A stretch of DNA of 63,634 nt, filler included, from Octopus bimaculoides (lineage: Eukaryota): the NCBI RefSeq assembly GCF_001194135.2. It is 6 parts of 6 records of this genome, joined end to end, with 100 filler letters (N's around TTAATTAATTAA, not from the genome) between each part and the next. Parts side by side here need not be neighbours in the genome. Positions count along the whole stretch, not along the records: positions 1 to 30,225 come from NC_069000.1; 5 more parts are not named here. One strand, written 5' to 3'. Positions 1 to 12,731 of this stretch are shown here, piece by piece; position 1 is the stretch's first letter, and each line of letters opens with the position of its first letter. Both the position numbers and the translations under genes were made by a program. A model generated the notes under the pieces. That model searched no databases, had not been told where the DNA came from, and saw only the letters and a program-made list of their open reading frames with translations.

Positions 1-319
1 AGCGTGGCCGTTGCCAGTACAGCCTGACTGGCTCCTGTAGGATTTTCGAGCGAGATCGTTGCCAGTGCCCCTGGACTGGCTTGTGCGGGTGGCACATAAA
101 AGACACCATTTCGAGCGTGGCCGTTTTCGTGCGGGTGACACGTAAAAGCACCCACTACACTCTCTGAGTGGTTGGCGTTAGGAAGGGCATCCAGCTGTAG
201 AAACTCTGCCAAATCAGACTGGAGCCTGGTGTTGCCATCCGGTTTCACCAGTCCTCAGTCAAATCGTCCAACCCATGCTAGCATGGAAAGCGGACGTTAA
301 ACGATGATGATGATGATGA
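1..319 (+). mobile_element. 3' end (3'UTR + (GAT)n tail) of RTE-clade LINE, young subfamily; truncated by window start
   Basis: Ends ...GCATGGAAAGCGGACGTTAAACGATGATGATG. The same 3' sequence follows an RTE RT C-terminus at 45371-46148. CpGs are intact. Confidence 0.85.
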
Positions 320-430
320 GAAAGATAATTGCATGTTTTGAAAGTTAACTTGTGGATTACACAAGCAATAATGTACATAAATAATAATTAACCAGTTTTT
401 GATCTATCAATGTACATATACATACATACA

Positions 431-465
<35 letters not shown>

Positions 466-1529
466 TACATACTCACGCACACATATGCAGATACAAACAT
501 ATATGCACACACACACATACACACACACACACACACACGTACAGACACACCTATTTATATATAAATACAACAAAATTACTGTTGGCTTCATGTCTATTAT
601 TACACTTAGTAATATAGGTGACCCATCAACCTGGTAGCCAGAGGCACATAATTTCATTATTAATGGAGGTAAAGATCTAGTCTTTGTCAGCTTGGAATCA
701 AAAACTCTTTCTGAGAGAGATAGAGTTAACGTCTTTTAAATGGTTCTAGTTGTGTTTAAAAATGGTCTGTTTATGTACATTTTCCATTCACTAGTCAGCA
801 AGTGCGAAAGCCCACATTTCCAAAACAAATTTTCTATCATGAGGGCACTGATTAGAAATTTCACTTTTTGAATTTAAGAGAGCACATCTGTTATTGTAGA
901 TGCCCTAAGTATGATAAAAAGGGATGTCAGAAACATCTAGATAAGATCCCAGGAGAACCATGTCTCAGAGAAATCCAAAAGATAGTGCTGACAAGTACTG
1001 CCCACATCCTTAGAAAAACCCTATCCATTTAAATGTCTGTGTTGTATTACATGAAGATATATCGCTACTGCCTTTGCCACTTTCCCTCCCCAAGCTTTCA
1101 GTCAAACTGTAACATCTCTTATCCTTCACACACCCCATGCAGATTAAAAGTAAAAAATAATAATAATAATTGTAAAAGATGAGCTAAATCAAATGGTCTA
1201 CTCAATACCATAGATTTGCTTGTAAGCTGCTTGACCATAACTATTTGAGCATATCCCTTAGTGGCTGATAGTATGTGCATCTCTGATGATGAACAGAAGT
1301 ACTGGGTGAGCATCAAAACTGTGTGTTAAGAGGGATTCTTTGGGGTTTGAACAATTCACCCCTGGAAACATGGGCATTTTGTTCATCATCTTTAAACAAT
1401 CCTTATTTAGGGTTTTTTTAATAGGATGGGCTACTTCACCTAAAGAAAATTCTAACTGGGCCCCCACCTGGACAAACTGCTCAGTATCATTTCATACTTT
1501 TCTATATTCTGAGTTCAAGATCTGTTGTG

Positions 1530-1870
1530 GCCAACTTGCCTTTCATCCTTTTGGAGTCGATGAAATAAGAACCAGTCAAGTACAGGGGATGATGTAATCG
1601 ACTTTCCACCTCCCCTCAAAAGTTGCTGGCCTTGTGCCAAAATTTGAAACCATTTAAGGCAACAAGCTGGTAGAATCATTAGCATTCTGGACAAAATACT
1701 TAATGGCATTTCTTCCAGATTTATGTTCAAATTCCACCAACTTTGCCTTTCATCATTTTGCAGGTGAATGAAATAAGTACCAGTCAAGTACTGGGGGTCA
1801 ATGTAATTGACTAGCCCCTTCCCCCTAAATTTCAGGCTTTGTGCCTATAGTGAAAGGATTATTATTATTA
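1530..1870 (+). mobile_element. Head-to-tail dimer of tRNA-derived SINE family 'S3' (possibly MetaSINE-type central domain)
   Basis: Two successive copies of GACTTTGCCTTTCATCCTTT..GGGGTCGAT..AAGTACCAGT..GCCTTGTGCC, the second ending in an (ATT)n tail. The Meta-domain assignment is from recall and unverified. Confidence 0.7.
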
Positions 1871-2600
1871 TGAATAATGGTAGATGCCAGATTGTAAGAT
1901 CACTATTTCAATATAGCCTTTACACCAGAGTGAATGTTGCCTTTTAGCCCTATGCGGTTTGATAAAATAAAGCATTAATGAAGTATTGGAGTTAATATAA
2001 TCAATTATACCCATCCCTCAATTTGAGGCCAAGTTGAAAGTCAGTATCTTATTGCATGGATGTTAGGTAATTAATAAAGAGTAAAAGATGCTAACAATCA
2101 CATACCTATGTCTAAAGTATTCAATCACAACAACAGAGATAGAGACTAATTAATCATTGCAATTTCTCCACTTCATCTAACTACTCCATCTACAATAATC
2201 TATAATTATATTTATCATCTTCTCACCTCTATATAATCAGTACTTATTTAAAATGCGGAAAATCTAGCTACTTGTATATTTTGTATGGCAATTAATCTAA
2301 TCTGACTCTCTTTATTTGTTCATTTGTTTATTTTGTGATTCAATCATTAAATTCTGTTTAGGAGATACCACATACTGGGGTGTGTGGCATCCTGTCAATT
2401 TATTTTATTATTGATTGTTACAATAGAAGTATAGTTTAAGTCTGTCTAATGGTAGCAAAAGTGGGGGTGGGGGCGATTAACTAGGGATCACTATAGATAA
2501 TGTAAATTGATTTGCTATATTTATATATTAAGCGAAACTCTTCACTGTAGTGCTTCAGTATGGCTGCAGTCCAATGACTGAACCACATAAAAGCTAAAAG

Positions 2601-3145
2601 ATCATCATCATCTTTATCATCATTGTTTAACATCTGTTTTCCATGCTGGCATGGGTTGGACGGTTCAACTGGAGTCTGGGAAGCCAGGAGGCCGCAGCAG
2701 GCCCCAGTCTGATCTGGCAGTGTTTCTACAGCTGGATGCCCTTCCTAACACCAACCACTCCGAAAGTGTAGTGGGTGCTTTTTACGTGCCACCGGCACAG
2801 GGGCCAGAGGAGCTGGCATTGACCACGATTGGATGGTGGTTTTTACATGTCACCGGCACAGAAGCCAGTCAAAGCAACACTGGCATCGGCCACGTTCGGA
2901 TGGTGCTTTTTACATGCTACCGGCACGCGGCTCACAACTACAATTTCCATGTGATTTAATTTTGATATCGCTGTTGATGTTGATGTTGATGTACTTGACT
3001 CAATAGGTCTCCTCAAGCACGGCATGTCGCCCTATGATCCAAGGTACTTTTGAGTGGGCTGGTTATGCGACACTGGTGTAGGTTACAGCTGTGGATTCAC
3101 TTTATTTGCCTGGTCTTCTCAGTCAAAGCATACCTCCAGAGGTCT
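2601..3145 (-). mobile_element. RTE LINE 3'UTR fragment, CpG-decayed
   Basis: (ATC)n, then TTTCCATGCTGGCATGGGTTGGAC...CAGCTGGATGCCCTTCCTAACACCAACCACTC: the reverse complement of the family 3' end, with internal repeat units. Confidence 0.8.
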
Positions 3146-3559
3146 AAAAGATAAAAGAAGAAATAATTATACAGAATAAATAAACAAGTTTAATAAAACA
3201 CAAGGTAATTAAAACAAGATACATAAGATTTAAAAGTTCATTGCACTGATCTGATTACAAATCTGACAGTCCACCAAGTCTGGTATGAAAATTGACACCC
3301 CACCTTCTTTTGGCAGGGAAGGGAGACTTCTCTTTCTCTGCTAGTGGATATGGTAAAACAGGTTATGTGGAGGATTCAGATAAAAGGTTTGAAGACTGGT
3401 ATTTTCTTTTGTTACCTAGCTCCCATTATCTTCCCCAAGTGCCTAATTGACGAGGCAGTGAAGAGAGAGAGAGAGAGAAAGGTGTGGTATTCTATTATGT
3501 TTATTGGAATATGAATAAGAGTGGCGAGACTGGCGAAGCTGAAAAGGTCTGGCCTGACT

Positions 3560-4700
3560 GATTTTCTAAGTAGAAGGAAAGAGTACTTTTGATGCCTTGG
3601 ATATGGCAGAAGTTAACTCATTTGATCGGTGTCCTTTCGCCAGAAATAATGATGGCGGTCAGGGACTTGATTATGGTCCCACCAGGTTCAGTATCTTACA
3701 ACACTTTTCAGAGGGAACTCATTAAGAGGACCTCTGACTCTGAACAATGGCTACTACACCAGCTTTTGATATCCCAAAAGTTGGGAGATAAAACTCCGTC
3801 ACAGCTCTTGTGACAGATGAAGCAACTTCTGGGGGATCATACTTTACCAGATGATATATTTAAACAACCTTTCCTCAAGTGTCTGCCTTCCAACACACAG
3901 ATCCTACTGACATCTTACCAAGGAATCAGCCTCTATCAATGAACTGGCCAAGGTGGCAGACAGAATCACTGAGGCAGCTAACCCATTTTCAACTATGGCC
4001 AAGGTAACACCTTCTACAAATCCTTTCGCTGTTTCCTCAGATTTCTCCTCTGACTCCCTTTCGCCAGTTATGCCACTTCCTCAGCTTATTTAACTTCTAT
4101 CGTTGATTCATTCTTCACTGTGCTGGACTCCTGTCTCCACTCACCGAGCTTCTCAAGAACCGATGTAAGAAGAATGAAACCATTTTGCTGACTCCTACTC
4201 AAACCAAAGCTTTCAGCGCTGTGAAACACTCTCTCTACAGCATCCCTCCTTGCACACTGTGTCTCTGATGCAAAGCTTTCACTTGTGGTTGATGCATCAG
4301 ACACTGCAATAGGTGCTGTTTTACAGTCCTTTCATCAGCAACACTTGCAAACGTCTTGCCTCCCCTGGACTCACTCAAGACATCTCTCAAATTTGCCATG
4401 AGCAAATTCCATATTCACCTGTGCCAACCTTTGCAGATACTGTGTGATGTCTCAACAGTTTTGCCTCATCTCTTCGTCCCACTGATTCATTGAAGACCTG
4501 TCTTTGAAGTTCTGCTTACTCTATCATCTCAGCTGCCCAACATTGATGGTGCATATCCTCATTCATGCACCTTTCGTCATCTCCATTTCACCAGATACAC
4601 ACACACTTCCATTACATCTACTTCAATCTCGTCGGACCCTGGCCCGTCAGTCTCAGATACACTTTCATTTTCACTCACTGTCCTGATACCATGTTGCTAA
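3560..4700 (+). mobile_element. Degenerate Ty3/Gypsy LTR retrotransposon remnant (gag, RT/RNase H junction and integrase N-terminal pieces)
   Basis: Gag-like LSPEIMMAVRDLIMVPP..YNTFQRELIKRTSDSEQ..LHQLL..LGDKTPSQLL (3589-3813). AFSAVKH..LSLVVDASDTAIGAVLQ at ~4209-4326. CDVSTVLPHLFVP..RPVF at 4443 onward. Stops, frameshifts and large deletions are present. Confidence 0.8.
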
Positions 4701-5613
4701 TTCATATCTCTTACTCTGTAGCATGAGCCTTGGTATCGGGCTGGTTATCATGCTATGGACCTCTTACACACACTGCTCCACACACATCATGTCCATTGGC
4801 CCAAGAGACTATGTAAGGCTCTATATATATGAACTGGCCCTAAATGCCTCTCATTTTCTCATTTGCGTGTACTTGCCTTTTCTTGCATCTGTTATATTCT
4901 TTCTCTTGATGCATTCATGTTTTTTCCATTGTTTGAACATTTTGCATTGCATTTATGCATGTTTATTTTCACTTTCCAGGACCCTTTTCTCCTTGTTCAT
5001 ATGTTTTAACTGTATTATATTTTGTTTGCAAAAATTTCTTTTTTCAAACATATACCTGCATGATTACACTGTCACATTCATGCACTACACCATGCCTTTC
5101 TTGCTTCTTTCTCATGCTCTCTGTGCCCTTGTAGACATGACTTACCTCTATTGGACCCTTCATCTGTCACATATTTTATGCAGGGAGTTGTTTGTCTTTT
5201 ACAACATGCCAGCATGCTAACTTTCACTGCTGCTCATTTCAAGGCATTTAACATCTCATGCACCATCTGGCATATTCAGCATTGCCTCAGTCACTGGTAT
5301 ATTCAGCACTGTATTTGTAATCACTGCACTAGCGTACTGCCTCAGCCTTGCATCACATCCATCCACACTGATATGTTACACAATTCTGAACATTGATTTT
5401 TCACTTTGGTCCTGAAATGTTGCATTTTTTCCATTTCTGCTTCATCAGTTTTTAACATATATTCATTTGTTTCTGTATAACTGTATATAATTTTTTTTTT
5501 TTTGCATTTTCTTTGTACATGCGGCTGCATAGGTCCTATGTTTTGTGAGAACTTTGTCCTTTGCTCATATTTCTTTCCTAGATCATTCATTTCTTTTTCT
5601 TAGAAACTCTCTT

Positions 5614-5640
5614 GTGGGGAGTAATGTAGAGACCTTGCTT
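5614..5640 (+). other. Possible polypurine tract / 3' LTR start of the Gypsy remnant
   Basis: GGGGAGTAA-TGTAGAG resembles a PPT followed by TG. No matching 5' LTR was identified by eye. Confidence 0.3.
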
Positions 5641-7044
5641 GGCCCTACCTGAGTTTCGAAGCTGAATCAGTAAATTTCTCCTTAACTATACAGCCTTATT
5701 GTTCTGTCAAGGGATAACATCATTTCGTTCAACCTATAGCCTTGCCAACATTTGATTGATGCATTTTCCTCTTGACCCATAACCCTTCTAGGCTACAAAA
5801 AGTTTAAATAGATAAAGTAAGTTAACCCACAGGAGACTAGTCACAGTTACAACGGTATACCTCTTTTTCTAGCTAGTCTGCATACTTATAAATACAAGCA
5901 GTTCCAGGCAGACCAGACAGAGGGAGAGAGAAAGCAATCCTGTGTGGCAAGTGACAGCTATGATATTTCACCATACATCTTCCCTCTCCTGTCTCTCACT
6001 TGTTGTTCACTAGCACCATTCTAACAAACATCACTCTGTTTATCTCATTCCTGCTGCTGTAACAACAAGAATATGTAAACTTAACATCATACACTCTCAG
6101 ACAAGAAAAGACAACTCACTTTTACCTGATTTATTTTATATACACCCAGTCGTCAAGGTTAGGAAATGATGATGTGTAATGGAGAAATAAATATGTTATT
6201 TACAACTTCGGCTACTGTCTTTCTTTTGCTGGAATCAACATCACCATCTTTGCTTTCAGCATAGACAATAACCGTTACATTCCGGTAACCACTCCATTAC
6301 ATGGTGAATAAGAGTGATGATGTTCTGAGGAAAATTCTAGAATTTGACAAGGGGAAACTAGCTCAGTCCAGAGTCTATAATGGGTAAGTTCCAGAAACCT
6401 TTAGCCTGGCAGTGTTACCATGGAGCACAACTAATTCAAGATAAACTTTACAGGCACAGAAGTGCCACTGGTCAGAATTGCCTGAGATACATGTAGAGTG
6501 ACAAAATCTCTATATACACTCATGTAGTGTCTGAGCATTACTGATCTATGAAGTTATATTGAACAGCTGTCGTTGAGTGAAGGACAAATCCAGTTAACAA
6601 GCAAATCTACCAAAAGGATTAGCCTATCACCTGCCTTTCACAATGCCAGACAGGTAGTATTTCTCCGTGTAGTGGTTATGGTAAAAGAGCTTGTGTAGTG
6701 GACAAAGCTGAAGGGATTGAATTCAGACACCTCTTTAGTCAAGCCCTTATTAACTTTCTCAAGTTCCAATCAGAAAAGAAAGTGTGGATAAAGAGGGAAG
6801 TGCTCTCAACCAGCGAATTTGTCAAAAGGTGAGAAACGGAGGCAAAAACGGTTAGGGTGAATGGAACTATTCTAAAGATGTGCCTGTAGCTTGAAGAACA
6901 ACAGTTAGGTGAGGGCTCATTACTCTAATGGTCAGAGTGATCCTGGATTCTCAGGGTTCCTTGATTGGCTCTTGTTGGAAGCTTTCCTGTATCAGAAGAA
7001 CTGCATCATCTATTTATTCACATAATTTTTGTACAATCTTTTAT

Positions 7045-7204
7045 CTTTTATCGTTCACTTGTTTCAGTCATTAGACTGTGGCCATGCTGGGGTACCACCT
7101 TGAAGAATTTTTAGTTGAATGAATCGACCCTAGTACTTACTTCATTTTAAAGTCTGCTACTTATTCTATAAGTCTCTTTTGCCAAACTGTTAAGTTATGA
7201 GGAT

Positions 7205-7241
<37 letters not shown>

Positions 7242-7402
7242 AATACAATAGGATTCTTTTCAGTTTCTGTCTATCAGATCCATTCACGAGGCTTTGTTTG
7301 ACTTGAGGCAATAGTAGAAGACACTTGCCCAAGGGGTCACGCAGTTGGACTGAACTCAGGACCTTGTGGTTGGGAAGTAAGTTTCTTACCACACAGCCAC
7401 CT
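7045..7402 (-). mobile_element. tRNA-derived SINE family 'S2' with internal (CA)n
   Basis: Reverse strand reads GGTGGCTGTGTGGTAAGAAACTTACTTCCCAACCACAAGGTCCTGAGTTCAGTCC (A/B-box-like), then a central domain, a microsatellite and a 3' part shared with 12238-12645. Confidence 0.75.
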
Positions 7403-7544
7403 TTATCGCTTCCTCCTCAGCTCTTTTATGTAAACCCTCCCCACCACCACATACATGATTTGTAAACTGTCCTTGTAATGTGCTCCATCAAACACCCCTT
7501 TGGAAAATAAAAGAAACAACAACAACAACAACAATAATAATAAT

Positions 7545-8015
7545 TATACTTGTTATTTTATTGTCTTTGCACAGCTTCTAATGCTGGAGATGTACTACGG
7601 TGCCAGCTGTTCACTACCAGTGAACTAAGGTAACACCCCTTATTTTTTGAGCACCATCTGGAGTATTCAAGCGGTTCCAAGCAGTGCTGTTTTCTGCAAG
7701 TGTGCCACCCTTATTGCAGACCCTATTTGTTCCATGTACTCCTCAAGATTTTTACTCACTGTTCCCAGGGCCCCGACAGTTATTGGTACAACTACCACCT
7801 TTTTCAGCGACCACAACTGCTTAACCTCCCAAGCTAACCTATCAGATCTATCGACTTTTCTTTCTTCCTTATCGCATACCTTGTTGTCAGCTGGGCATGC
7901 TATGTCTATGATCCAGCATCGTTTGCTTTCTTTCTCAATTAACACTATGTCTGATTTCCTATTCTCTATCTCATGGCCGCACTGAATCATAAAATCTCGT
8001 AGGATCTTTGCATTA
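7545..8015 (-). mobile_element. R4/Dong-like non-LTR retrotransposon 3' fragment A (restriction-like endonuclease C-terminus + 3'UTR)
   Basis: NAKILRDFMIQCGHEIENRKSDIVLIEKESKRCWIIDIACPAD..KEERK..VVVPITVGALG..LQKTALLGTA matches the PD..D..K RLE domain of R4-clade elements. Confidence 0.8.
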
Positions 8016-8024
8016 TATGCATTA

Positions 8025-8420
8025 CTTATTATTTTTATTATTATTATTACTCAGAAGTCTTATTATTATAATGTGCTTTCAGTGCACTACCGAGTGCAGC
8101 TCTGTGTGCCTTGGGTATGTGCTGTGGTTTGCTGTGATGCTCTTATAATTACTGTATTGAAAGTGTTTTATGTAGGATGCATGTGGTGCCTAGCAGTGCT
8201 ATTTTCTGTATGTTATATATATTTGTAAGTCCTGATATTTTTGTTATGTATTTGTCTGAATATTTTTTTTATTATACCTAAGGCACCTACTATGATAGGA
8301 ATTGTTTCTGTTTTTAGACTCCACATATGAGTTACCTCTATTTCCAGGTCTTCGTATTTTGAAAGTTTCTCCATTTCTTTTAGAGAAACGACGTTGTCAT
8401 CTGTTGGTATTGATACATCA
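8025..8420 (-). mobile_element. R4/Dong-like non-LTR retrotransposon 3' fragment B with (TAA)n tail
   Basis: Hand translation: DVSIPTDDNVVSLKEMEKLSKYEDLEIEVTHMWSLKTETIPIIVGALGIIKK(fs)YSDKYITKISGLTNIYNIQKIALLGTTCILHKTLSIQ*. A short 3'UTR follows, then TAA repeats at ~8025-8050. Confidence 0.8.

Positions 8421-8480
<60 letters not shown>
8421..8480. repeat. (ATT)n microsatellite
   Basis: About 20 uninterrupted units between R4 fragment B and an S3 SINE. Confidence 0.95.
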
Positions 8481-8482
8481 CT

Positions 8483-8820
8483 TTAAGGCAACAAGCTGGC
8501 AGAATTTCATCTGTCTCTGTGTTCTGGGTTCAAATTCCACCAAGGTCGACTTTATTTTTTATCCTTTAAGGGGTCAATGCAATTGACTAGCCCTGTCCTC
8601 CAAAATTTCAGGTCTTGTACCTATAACAGATAAAATTATTACACTGGGCAGCAAAAAAAATTTGAAACCATTACTATTATTGTTTTTATGCCACCAAGAT
8701 CGACTTTGCCTTTCATCCTTTCAAGGTTGACAAAAAAAAGCATCAGTTGAGCACTAAGGCCAATGTAATCAACTAATTTCTCTCATATTGTGCCTATATT
8801 AGAAAGGATTATTATTGTTG
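8483..8820 (+). mobile_element. Tandem S3 SINE fragments
   Basis: AAGGCAACAAGCTGGCAGAAT..GGGTTCAAATTCCACCAAGGTCGACTTT head, a second central-domain copy at ~8695, and ATT tails. Confidence 0.7.
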
Positions 8821-9564
8821 TTATCTTCTTCTTCTTCTTCTTCCTCCTCCTCCTGTCGTTGTTGTTTTCACCAATATCAGCAACGCAACTGCTCTATGTA
8901 GCAGACCAAATCTCGTCTGGGAAACTTCTCTATCATTTTCAAGATATATTTTAGGGATTTTTTTTTTTCTACCCAAAGACACCAGAATGCCGGAATGGCC
9001 TTCTTACAAATCACTTAGTTTCCATTTTACAAATACCACACCAAGCCCCAGGCATTCTATGGTTTCTACTTTGATGTTTAAACAGTCAATAACATTACTC
9101 ACTATTTATTGATCAATAGTAAACCTCAGCCAATGAGGAAGAACCTACAAGGCCCCTTGCCCTACAAGAACCTCAAATCATTCCTTACCCTTTAAAAATA
9201 CGGTTTTGGATATACACGAAAAGCAAGGATGATCGAATTTGGAATACCTTAGATCATAAGTTTGCCAGATCAGAGCTGATTTGGAGGTAAACAACTACAG
9301 CAACAATTTGATCAAAGAGATCTCATATAACAGTAATTGTTCGTAAATTTTCATTGTTTTTTTTTTCCTAAAAGATAATCCTCATGATGGCATGATATTA
9401 GAAGATAAAATAACTGCTGTTAATCCAGGATTAGTTCAACTGGATCTAAATTCCGTAATACTTGTTTATATTGATGGTTACTAATTTATTTTGGAATTAC
9501 CTGTTATGAGTGGAATTTAATTAAATCTATCAGAAAGAGACAATGAGGAAGCTTTTATATAGTC

Positions 9565-9770
9565 ACTTAACCTGCTAAAAATAGCAGGCAAATTCTCTTC
9601 AATCAGCACTGTAATGTCTTCAAGTAAGAAAAGTAAATTGGATAATGTAGTCCTAGATACACTATGTCTGAATAAAAGATTGGATGATCAAGGCTGGAAA
9701 GCTTTGATTATTGACTTCCTCAGTCAAGGTTGGCCTGTGGTTAAATAACATCACCACCATGAACCACAGT
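9565..9770 (+). mobile_element. Dispersed repeat family 'S5' (retroposon 3' end with (CAA)n-like tail); further copies ~32960-33130 (-), 34780-34985 (+), 41930-42300 (+), 49060-49260 (+)
   Basis: Shared motifs AACCTGCTAGAAATAGCAGC, TTGGATAATGTAGTCCTAGATACAC, GATGGTCATGGCTGGAA, GACCTGGGGCTAAACAAC. Confidence 0.6.
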
Positions 9771-10305
9771 AAGGGAGCCACTACATCATTATTCAAAATC
9801 ATCTAAATTACTTATCCACATCGTCCTCAGTATGTCATCCCTATGTCAACCCAATCTCAGTTAAGTTATTGCTACAGTGTCACTCAGCTTCAGCTATGTC
9901 ACTCCTATATTGTCACTCAACCTAAATAAGTCACCACTAGATCATCACTCAACTGATGAGCCCAGTAAAGGACCATTAGTACTGATTCATCAAATTAAAA
10001 ATTCTTTTAAAAATAATAAGAAAAATTTATTCTATTTTGTGAACTTTATTAGTAAAAATCAATTTAAGTCAGACTATCTTGCAAAGGCAGTGCTCCAGCA
10101 TGACCTTTGCTGGAATAGCTAAAACAAAAGTATTTAGATTTCACTTGCTATTGTTAGTAATCTTTTTACTACATTTTTTCTTATTTGCCTGACCTGAGTT
10201 GTTGTTTAGCTCCAAGTCGTCTCTAATTAAGCAAACTTATTATCAAAACTGGTCCAACTTTTTCCTATTGTACAAGGAACCTAAGACCACATTAATCAAA
10301 GTAGC

Positions 10306-10306
<1 letters not shown>

Positions 10307-10338
<32 letters not shown>

Positions 10339-10375
10339 CATCCATCTATCTATCTATCTATCTATCCATCTATCC

Positions 10376-10410
<35 letters not shown>

Positions 10411-10520
10411 CATCTATCTATCTATCTATCTATCCATCTATCTATCTATCTATCTATCTGCCGGCCTGTCTGTCTGTCTGTCTATATATATCTATCTATC
10501 TGTCTATCTGTCTGTCTGTC
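10307..10520. repeat. (CTAT)n/(CTGT)n tetranucleotide microsatellite
   Basis: Direct inspection. Confidence 0.95.
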
Positions 10521-10959
10521 TAACTGTCTATTTTTTGTTCGTTTATCTGTATATCTATTTCTGCTTGTTATCAATAAAGGGTTTCTTTAAGTTTATGTGT
10601 CCATAGTGAAGACTAAACCTTTTAGTCTTATCATCGAGTCAGTCTGATAGACTTTTACTCTTGACTCTCCTATTAGCATTCATTTTAGAGTGTACAGAAA
10701 TCTGTTATATATATATATATATATATATNNNNNNNNNNNNNNNNNNNNNNNNNNNNNNNNNNNNNNNNNNNTATATATGTATGTATGTATATAAATTTGT
10801 ATTAAAATAATTTCTACCAGCACAAAAGTATTTTGGTGTGCATTTGCAGTTCCGACCCGAGATTTAAGCCACTGGAACTTTTTCACAATATGAATATTTT
10901 CTCAGTTTGTCATCACTGGTGATGGAGTCAAGATGTGAACCATCCATTCTATGGTTATA

Positions 10960-11215
10960 CATCCTAAAGTCTAGGATGGTCCATGTAAAAAGCACTTGTG
11001 CTGGTGTCACATAAAGGTGCTCATCCCAGTGGCACATTAAAAGCACCCCAGCACACAAGGTTGAGTGATTGGCATTGGGAAGGGCATCCAGCTATAGAAA
11101 GCAAGCCAAATCAGACTGGAACCTGGTGCAGCTCTCTAGCTTGCCAGTTCTGGTCAAACCATCCAACCCATGCCAGTGTGGAAAACACACATTAAAGGAT
11201 GATGGTGATGATGAT
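10960..11215 (+). mobile_element. RTE-family 3' end, CpG-decayed
   Basis: AAGGGCATCCAGCTATAGAAA..CCATCCAACCCATGCCAGTGTGGAAAAC..GATGATGGTGATG. Confidence 0.7.
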
Positions 11216-12079
11216 AAAGCAGTCAAGTAGTGTCTTTGAGCATTATTAATGAAGGAATGCCCCTGCTGGTAGAGCCATATTTTGAAGTTATTTTCAGTAA
11301 ATCTGATGTAGGACTTCAGTGAAGAGTTGTCTCTTAAGTGACTCTTTAATGCAATAAACTATAGATTAACTCAAGTAGACAGTTACAGTTAATTGCAGTA
11401 TTTAGATTTCACTTGTTATTGTTAGTAATCTTTTTATTGCTATCGTTTATTAACACAAGCTGACAAGTTCTTATTGGTAGACAGAAACTATATAGGAGTC
11501 TGTTGCATCCATCCATCTTGTTGCATTTGTCCATCTGTCCATCCATCCAGATATATATATATATAGAAAGAGAGATGTGTTTATGTGTGTGTGTGTGTGT
11601 GTTGGAAATAACATGAAACTCTGAGTAACAGCTTTTCTTCTAGCTGTAGCTTACTCATTTAAAGGGGATCTTTGTCTCATGGGCTACATGGGGATTTCAC
11701 TGGTGTTAGTGCAATGTTAAATTTACCCAGTACACTCTGTAAAGTGGTTGGTATTAGAAACAATGCCAAAGCAGATATTGGAATATGATGCAGTCCTCTG
11801 ACCAGTTGAATCTTGCCTACAAGGCGCTCATGTACTGGTAATATTTCCTTAGTTCACTTTGAATTTAACTTATTTTGGATCACCTTAAAAACATTGAGTT
11901 AACTTGTATTTTCGGAAATATTAATTTCAACAATATTTTCAATATCTAAATATGCTAATATAATAGAAACAATTGTCGGTTTTATAAGGTGAATTCTAAA
12001 ATAAAGATGTGATTTTCTCTATACGTATTTTTGTTGTCAAACACTCTGAATTTCTCAAAATTCTTCTAAATGATATTAG

Positions 12080-12137
12080 GATCTACTTGTCACACATGAG
12101 GAATTACCTGGGGTGTGTATTCTACTTACATTTACTG
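12080..12137 (+). CDS. Candidate upstream (signal-peptide-like) exon of the Ig gene
   Basis: TAG|GAT CTA..GAA TTA CCT GGG GTG TGT ATT CTA CTT ACA TTT ACT G|GTATCT gives ..LPGVCILLTFT ending in phase 1, as the next exon requires. The donor is weak and there is no in-frame ATG (ATG at 12096 is one base out of frame). Confidence 0.3.
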
Positions 12138-12237
12138 GTATCTGATTGTTGGATATATTCAACCAAATTTATTTAAGACCGAATGCTTTATTGGTATCTG
12201 CCTGGATTTTTTAATCCCTTTTTTCCTTCTGCATATA

Positions 12238-12645
12238 CTCTTTATTCTTTTACTTGTTTCATTCATTTGACTGTGGCCATGCTGGAGCACTGCCTTTAGT
12301 CAAGCAAATCAACCCCAGGACTTATTCTTTGTAAGCCTAGTACTTATTCTATTGGTCACTTTTGCCAAACCGCTAAGTTACAGGGATGTAAACACACCAG
12401 CATCAGTTGTCAAGCGAAGTTGGCAAGACAAACACAGACACACAAACATATACATACATATATATATATATATATATACAATGGGCTTCTTTCAGTTTCC
12501 GTCTACCAAATCCACTCACAAGGCTTTGATCGGCCCGAGGCTATAGTAGAAGACACTTGCCCAAGGTGCAATGCAGTGGGACTGAACCTAGAACCATGTG
12601 GTTGGTAAGCAAGCTACTTACCACACAGCTACTCCTGCATCTATA
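12238..12645 (-). mobile_element. Full-length S2 tRNA-derived SINE with internal (TA/CA)n
   Basis: Reverse strand GCAGGAGTAGCTGTGTGGTAAGTAGCTTGCTTACCAACCACATGGTTCTAGGTTCAGTCCCACTG (A and B boxes), then a central domain and a 3' end. Confidence 0.8.
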
Positions 12646-12731
12646 TTTATATATACCTTCAAAACCTTTTGACCAACTCACAGCTTCTCTCTCTACTTCA
12701 TCTGTTATATAATTCCATCTTCTTTTTTCAG

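Noticed and set aside
4723-5220. 165-aa hydrophobic ORF
   Set aside because: T-rich low-complexity sequence in the tail of the Gypsy remnant.
6300-7020. Possible further integrase-like fragments
   Set aside because: Only 4-6 residue resemblances; too degenerate to support.
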